Shown here piece after piece: positions 60,130-64,000 of a stretch of DNA of 64,000 nucleotides; position 1 is the stretch's first letter; each line of letters begins with the position of its first letter. The position numbers and the translations under genes are program-made. Under the pieces are notes generated by a model that saw only the letters and a program-made list of their open reading frames with translations, had not been told where the DNA came from and ran no database searches. The stretch is taken from the NCBI GenBank assembly GCA_000990585.1, contig LBQD01000004.1, positions 41,707-105,706 of the forward strand. Direction: 5' to 3'. The stretch comes from Candidatus Moranbacteria bacterium GW2011_GWE2_35_2-. GTDB lineage: Bacteria > Patescibacteriota > Minisyncoccia > Moranbacterales > UBA9337.

Positions 60130-61290
60130 ATGAACAGTAAAAAAAGAATAATAATCGTGTCAGTTTTAATAATTGTGGGATTGATTGCATACTTCTTTTA
60201 TACTCGTGATGCAAGAAGAAGTAAAAATACTAAGCCAATCAGTATTGAAAGTAGTGCATCAACAAATCAATCCATTCAAAATTCCGGTCCAGTAAGTCCA
60301 ATTTCCGGGTTGTCTTGTGAAAATTGGAATCGTCGCCCGATTGCGGTGATGCAACCTGCGGATATTCAAGCCCGTCCAGCAGCCGGATTTTCCGAAGCGG
60401 ATATGGTAATTGAAATGCCGGGATATACATCTTCCGTAACTAGACTTATGGGCGTCTATCTTTGTAATATTCCTCAAGAGGCGGGGGCTATTCGCAGTTC
60501 TCGCCATGACTATATTCATTTAGCTAAAGGATTGGATGCAGTTTTTGTTCATTGGGGAGGTTCGGCTTTTGCTTTGAATTTGCTTAAAGAAGGGGTTATT
60601 GATCATCATGATTGTATGAGTGGGGCATATTGTGATCGACGTGAAGCCACTGGGCAGATGCGCATAGAAGATACTGGCAGAATAACCGGAGAGAATATGC
60701 TTAAAATGATGGAGGGAAAGGATTTTCGCAGAGAAGGAACTTTTTCCGGTTATCCACATCAAGCCGAGGCTCAAATTAGCGAGAGACCGGAAAAGGGAAA
60801 CTTGCGAGTGGCTTTTGCAAAACCATATGATGCAGACTATGAATATGATCGGGAGACAAATTCATATTTGAGAATATGGGGTGGTGAAGAGGATGTGGAT
60901 AGAAATAATGGTAAAAGGTTGGCGCCAAAAAATATAGTAGTGATGTTTGCCAAGTCCGAACAAATTACGAATACGCAAGATTATCTCGGTAAGGGACTGA
61001 GAAATCCGTGGGCGGAAATTGAGGAAGAAAAAAACACAGGAAATGCTTCTATTAGTGGTAGATATAATAATGTTCAAGTTGGTGATCCGTGGTATGATGA
61101 AACTGATTCCGGAGAAGCTTTTTATTATTTTAACGGAAAAGAAATGCGCGGGAGTTGGAAAAAAGATAAATCAAAAATTGATAGTAAATTGTTTTTTTAT
61201 GATCAATCCGGACAGGAAGTTAAATTTGTACCTGGGCAAATTTGGGTGGAAATTCTTGAACCCGGGCAAGCACTAAGATGGGAACAATGA
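60130..61290 (+). CDS. DUF3048 (YerB-like) domain protein, N-terminal TM anchor
   Basis: ADMVIEMPGYTSSVTRLMGVY...IRSSRHDYIHLAKGLDAVFVHWGGS pattern of DUF3048; GC-richer than surroundings. Confidence 0.55.
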   Translation: MNSKKRIIIVSVLIIVGLIAYFFYTRDARRSKNTKPISIESSASTNQSIQNSGPVSPISGLSCENWNRRPIAVMQPADIQARPAAGFSEADMVIEMPGYTSSVTRLMGVYLCNIPQEAGAIRSSRHDYIHLAKGLDAVFVHWGGSAFALNLLKEGVIDHHDCMSGAYCDRREATGQMRIEDTGRITGENMLKMMEGKDFRREGTFSGYPHQAEAQISERPEKGNLRVAFAKPYDADYEYDRETNSYLRIWGGEEDVDRNNGKRLAPKNIVVMFAKSEQITNTQDYLGKGLRNPWAEIEEEKNTGNASISGRYNNVQVGDPWYDETDSGEAFYYFNGKEMRGSWKKDKSKIDSKLFFYDQSGQEVKFVPGQIWVEILEPGQALRWEQ

Positions 61291-61378
61291 TAAAAATTTG
61301 AAAACGTAAAATCATAAAGATATTAAATCGGGAAGTATAGCTATTTTTGTTTTAATGTCATAATGATATTTTAATTCG

Positions 61379-62332
61379 ATGATTATTTTTTTATATGGCG
61401 ATGATGATTTCCGTTCCGGTGAAAAACTTGCCGAAATAAAAATCGAGTTTTTGAAAAAAAACGGATCGGGAACAATCCTATCCGTTTTTGATTTTGAGGA
61501 TGAAGCAAAAGAAAATGTCATAGCAGATGTATTATCCGCTAGGGGATTGTTTGGCGATAAAAAAATAGTTATTGTGAAAAATTTGATGGTTGACGGAAAA
61601 ACGGAAAAGCAAGTGAATATTCTAGAGATACTCAATAAAATAAAATACCTGGAGAAAGATGAGGAGACACTTTTGATTTTTTGGGAAAAGGGTCTTCCGA
61701 GAAAAAATGGAAAACTTTTTAAATATATTTTTTCGGTGGGAAAAGTTGAAAGTTTCGAAAAATTATCGACAGTTGCGCTGGAGAATTGGATTAAGGATAG
61801 AGTAAAAAAAGCGAATGGAAAAATATCTTCCGAAGCAGAAAAAAAGTTGATTGCTTACGTCGGCAACGATTTATTTTTACTTGGTAATGAAATTGAAAAA
61901 TTGGTCAATTATACAAAAGAAATAGAAGAGGAACATATTGATTTACTTACAAATTCAAAGATTGAATCGGATATTTTTCAAACAATAGAATCCTTAGTAA
62001 ATGGAAACAAGAAAGACGCAATAAATTTTTTGCACCGACAGCTTGAAAAAGGGGACGATCCTTTTTATATTTTTTCCATGTATGTATATCAATTCCGTAA
62101 TTTGCTTAAAATTGCAGGACTGTATTTTTCGGGACTTAGCAATGAATATGCAATTGCCAAAGAAACAAAATTGCATCCGTTTGTCGTGAAAAAAGGATTG
62201 GCGCAAGTGCGGATGATGGATATTAAAAAGATAAAAAGCATCTATCGCAATTTGGCGGAAATTGATTTGAAAGTAAAAACCGGAAAAATTGATATCAATT
62301 TGGCGTTGGATAAATTTGTAGTAGAGTTATAG
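61379..62332 (+). CDS. holA: DNA polymerase III subunit delta
   Basis: MIIFLYGDDDF..., length and C-terminal helical domain consistent with HolA; terminator ATCTGCC-ttcg-GGCAGATTTTT at 62352-62375. Confidence 0.8.
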   Translation: MIIFLYGDDDFRSGEKLAEIKIEFLKKNGSGTILSVFDFEDEAKENVIADVLSARGLFGDKKIVIVKNLMVDGKTEKQVNILEILNKIKYLEKDEETLLIFWEKGLPRKNGKLFKYIFSVGKVESFEKLSTVALENWIKDRVKKANGKISSEAEKKLIAYVGNDLFLLGNEIEKLVNYTKEIEEEHIDLLTNSKIESDIFQTIESLVNGNKKDAINFLHRQLEKGDDPFYIFSMYVYQFRNLLKIAGLYFSGLSNEYAIAKETKLHPFVVKKGLAQVRMMDIKKIKSIYRNLAEIDLKVKTGKIDINLALDKFVVEL

Positions 62333-62423
62333 CTTTATTATTCCGTCCATCTGCCTTCGGCAGATTTTTAAAAAAAAATCAGGATTCTCTTTTTCTTAAA
62401 ATTGAGATATAGATTCTAGAAAC

Positions 62424-62533
62424 TTAAAAATTTGTCAAATTGACGCATATGCGTCAATTTGACAAATGAAGAATGGGAGCGGTTAAACAAAAAAACAAGC
62501 TAGTCTGTGATAGAAGCTTGTTTTTTGTTGAAG
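62424..62533. repeat. Repeated module copy B: perfect 34-bp palindrome TTGTCAAATTGACGCATATGCGTCAATTTGACAA (62432-62465) plus intact bidirectional terminator (ACAAGCT...AGCTTGT); homology continues into rpsT 3' end to about 62575
   Basis: Palindrome equals its own reverse complement; module matches 47742-47885. Confidence 0.75.
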
Positions 62534-62806
62534 TTATTTTTTTCCAGCCAGTTCTTTGACTGCTTTGTTGAGTCTTGATTTGTATCTGGCGGCGGTGTTT
62601 TTGACAAGTGTCTTTTTCTGCACGGCCTTATCAAGGGATTTGATGGATTTTTTCAGCCATTCTTGCGCTTTTTCAATATTTTTTTCAGTGATTGCCTCGC
62701 GGGTTTTTTTGATAGCGCTTCGGAAAACCCCTCGTACTATTTTGTTGCGGGCGGTTTTTTTGTCCGTCACGCGCATATATTTTTTGGCAGATTTTTTGAT
62801 TGGCAT
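62534..62806 (-). CDS. rpsT: 30S ribosomal protein S20
   Basis: MPIKKSAKKYMRVTDKKTARNKIVRGVFRSAIKK. Confidence 0.9.
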   Translation of the reverse strand: MPIKKSAKKYMRVTDKKTARNKIVRGVFRSAIKKTREAITEKNIEKAQEWLKKSIKSLDKAVQKKTLVKNTAARYKSRLNKAVKELAGKK

Positions 62807-62991
62807 AGTTTAAATTTTTTTATTGAATGGTTAGATTGTTACATTGTTAAATTAAGAGCGTTTTTTAATTTGATGCAGATATAACAGTATATTTTTAACA
62901 TAGTATGGATTTTTTTGCAAGAGTTGGTTTTGCGTGTGGTATTATTGTATAATGGATAAGGTAGAATATTAAATATTTCATATAATGTAGA

Positions 62992-63561
62992 ATGATAGCG
63001 AAATTGAGGGGAAAAATTGAATATTTGCGGGGAAATTATGCGGTTGTTGATGTGGGCGGGGTGGGATATAAAGTTTTTGTAACTGATTATGTTTTTGGAA
63101 AATTGGCATCAATGAGTGAAGTGGATCTATTTATTCATACACACATTCGTGAAGATGAAATGTCACTCTATGGATTTTTGGTTTTGGATGAATTGGAGAT
63201 GTTCGAACTTTTGATTTCTATTTCCGGAATCGGACCCAAAGCGGCGAAGGGAATTTTGTCTATTGCTGATCCGAAGACTATTCGCACGGCAATTCTTAAT
63301 AATGATTCTTCAATTCTCACGAAAGTTTCCGGAGTGGGGAAAAAGACTGCCGAGAGGGTTATTCTGGAACTCAAAAATAAAGTGGCGGATATGCCGGATG
63401 CGGACAAGAAAGAGGTGGTGGCGGACGGCGATACTTTGGAAGCACTGGTGGCGATGGGATATTCCGTCGCGGAAGCGCGCGAGGCTCTCAAATCAATCCC
63501 GATGGATATTTCTGATGTTGGAGAAAGAATAAAATTTGCCTTAAGAAATATCGGGAGGTAG
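62992..63561 (+). CDS. ruvA: Holliday junction branch migration protein RuvA
   Basis: MIAKLRGKIEY...AVVDVGGVGYKVFV (OB fold), two HhH motifs (ISGIGPKAAKGIL; VSGVGKKTAERVILEL), C-terminal RuvB-binding domain. Confidence 0.9.
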   Translation: MIAKLRGKIEYLRGNYAVVDVGGVGYKVFVTDYVFGKLASMSEVDLFIHTHIREDEMSLYGFLVLDELEMFELLISISGIGPKAAKGILSIADPKTIRTAILNNDSSILTKVSGVGKKTAERVILELKNKVADMPDADKKEVVADGDTLEALVAMGYSVAEAREALKSIPMDISDVGERIKFALRNIGR

Positions 63562-63588
63562 TTTTTATAGTATAAATTTTTTAAAAAT

Positions 63589-64000
63589 ATGGATTTTTTG
63601 CAGTCGGAAGATTGGCGAAAGTTTCAAGAAAGCGTTGGACGCAGAACTTTCGAAATTTCTTCGGGAGATTTTAATGCCAGTATAATAGAACATAAATTGC
63701 CGATAGTCGGCAATTATTTTTACGCGCCGCGAGGTTTTGTCATTCCCGCGGAGGCGGGAATCCATGATGCTGGTTGTAAATTTCTAATCAAAGATATTTT
63801 TAATTTGGCAAAAAAAGAAAAAGTAAATTGGATAAGATTTGATGCGGAAAATAAGGATGTTTTAAAAATAATGAAAGAATGCGGATTAAAAGTTGAAAAG
63901 GCTCCGCATGATATGCAACCGCGGCAGACTTTTGTAATTGATATTTCAAAGCCGGAAGAAGAATTACTAGAGGAAATGAAAAGCAAGACAAGATACAACA
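63589..64000 (+). CDS. FemAB-family peptidoglycan bridge-forming aminoacyltransferase (3'-truncated at window edge) carrying an in-frame palindromic-element insertion
   Basis: MDFLQSEDWRKFQESVGRR (FemABX N-terminus), ...EELLEEMKSKTRYN (conserved 'TRYNIR' region); open to window end. Residues GFVIPAEAGIHDAG encoded by repeat element 63739-63764. Confidence 0.6.
   Translation, partial: MDFLQSEDWRKFQESVGRRTFEISSGDFNASIIEHKLPIVGNYFYAPRGFVIPAEAGIHDAGCKFLIKDIFNLAKKEKVNWIRFDAENKDVLKIMKECGLKVEKAPHDMQPRQTFVIDISKPEEELLEEMKSKTRYN
63739..63764. repeat. GC-rich palindromic element, copy 2 (GTCATTCCCGCG-GAGG-CGGGAATCCA), in-frame inside FemAB-like gene
   Basis: 8-bp stem ATTCCCGC/GCGGGAAT, 4-nt loop; same arms as 13277-13322. 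Confidence 0.75.

Noticed and set aside
62432-62465. 34-bp palindrome as a chromosome dif (XerCD) site
   Set aside because: Although located between convergent genes, it is a perfect palindrome with TTGTCA arms, unlike the asymmetric 28-bp dif consensus (…ATAATGTATATTATGT…), and occurs in at least three copies in 16 kb.
63565-63998. Minus-strand ORFs MDSRLRGNDK… (63565..63765) and …IPASAGMTKPRGA (63720..63998)
   Set aside because: They are antisense translations through the palindromic element and the FemAB-family gene on the plus strand; the plus-strand reading has a recognisable N-terminus (MDFLQSEDWRKFQ…) and the TRYN motif.

Overview
This 64-kb window is AT-rich (about 35% GC) and densely packed with housekeeping genes, almost all on the + strand. 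The gene content and the small, domain-reduced proteins look like a Candidatus Patescibacteria/CPR-type bacterium (Parcubacteria-like). Several islands are noticeably more GC-rich than the rest.

Recognisable core genes, in order:
- DNA repair and replication: uvrC (5'-truncated, no HhH tail), uvrA, gyrB, polA, fpg, holA, ruvA.
- Translation and tRNA/rRNA modification: glycyl-tRNA ligase, metG, leuS, rpsT, rsmI, rlmN, tsaE, an Elp3-like radical-SAM/GNAT enzyme.
- Energy: a complete F1Fo ATP synthase operon (atpZ-B-E-F-H-A-G-D-C) behind a strong sigma70-like promoter.
- Other: manC, tatD, dxs, a U32 peptidase, an M16 peptidase, a Nif3-like protein, yvcK, a cyclophilin, a NUDIX hydrolase, a DUF3048 protein, a cation:proton antiporter, an O-antigen-ligase-like protein, and a FemAB-family gene running off the 3' edge.
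- One tRNA-Gly(UCC).

Non-housekeeping content worth attention:
1. A four-gene SipW-type signal peptidase cluster (13.9-17.0 kb) with three substrates carrying SipW-cognate (TasA/camelysin-class) signal peptides, one with a Lamin-tail domain, and a perfect 27-bp palindrome just upstream.
2. A T-box-like, glycine-specifier leader RNA (19.87-20.13 kb) with its own promoter and terminator. It is orphaned from glyS by an intervening convergent small gene and flanked by three paralogous ~90-aa minus-strand ORFs.
3. A PaaX-like wHTH regulator gene bracketed by a perfect 23-bp inverted repeat.
4. A family of 34-bp TTGTCA-N22-TGACAA dyad sites (three copies). Two bracket a GC-rich hypothetical gene, and two sit in a ~140-bp duplicated module that includes the 3' end of rpsT.
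5. A tRNA-Gly locus surrounded by partial duplications of its 5' half and tandem duplications of its 3' end, resembling integration/recombination scars.
6. GC-rich hairpin elements inserted in-frame in coding genes (the FemAB-like gene and tatD), plus dispersed AATTTTC-type heptamer repeats inside uvrC, leuS and the O-antigen-ligase-like gene. That gene also carries a (TACGTCT)4 tract, a possible phase-variation switch.

All functional calls rest on motif-level recognition by eye. None were checked against any database.
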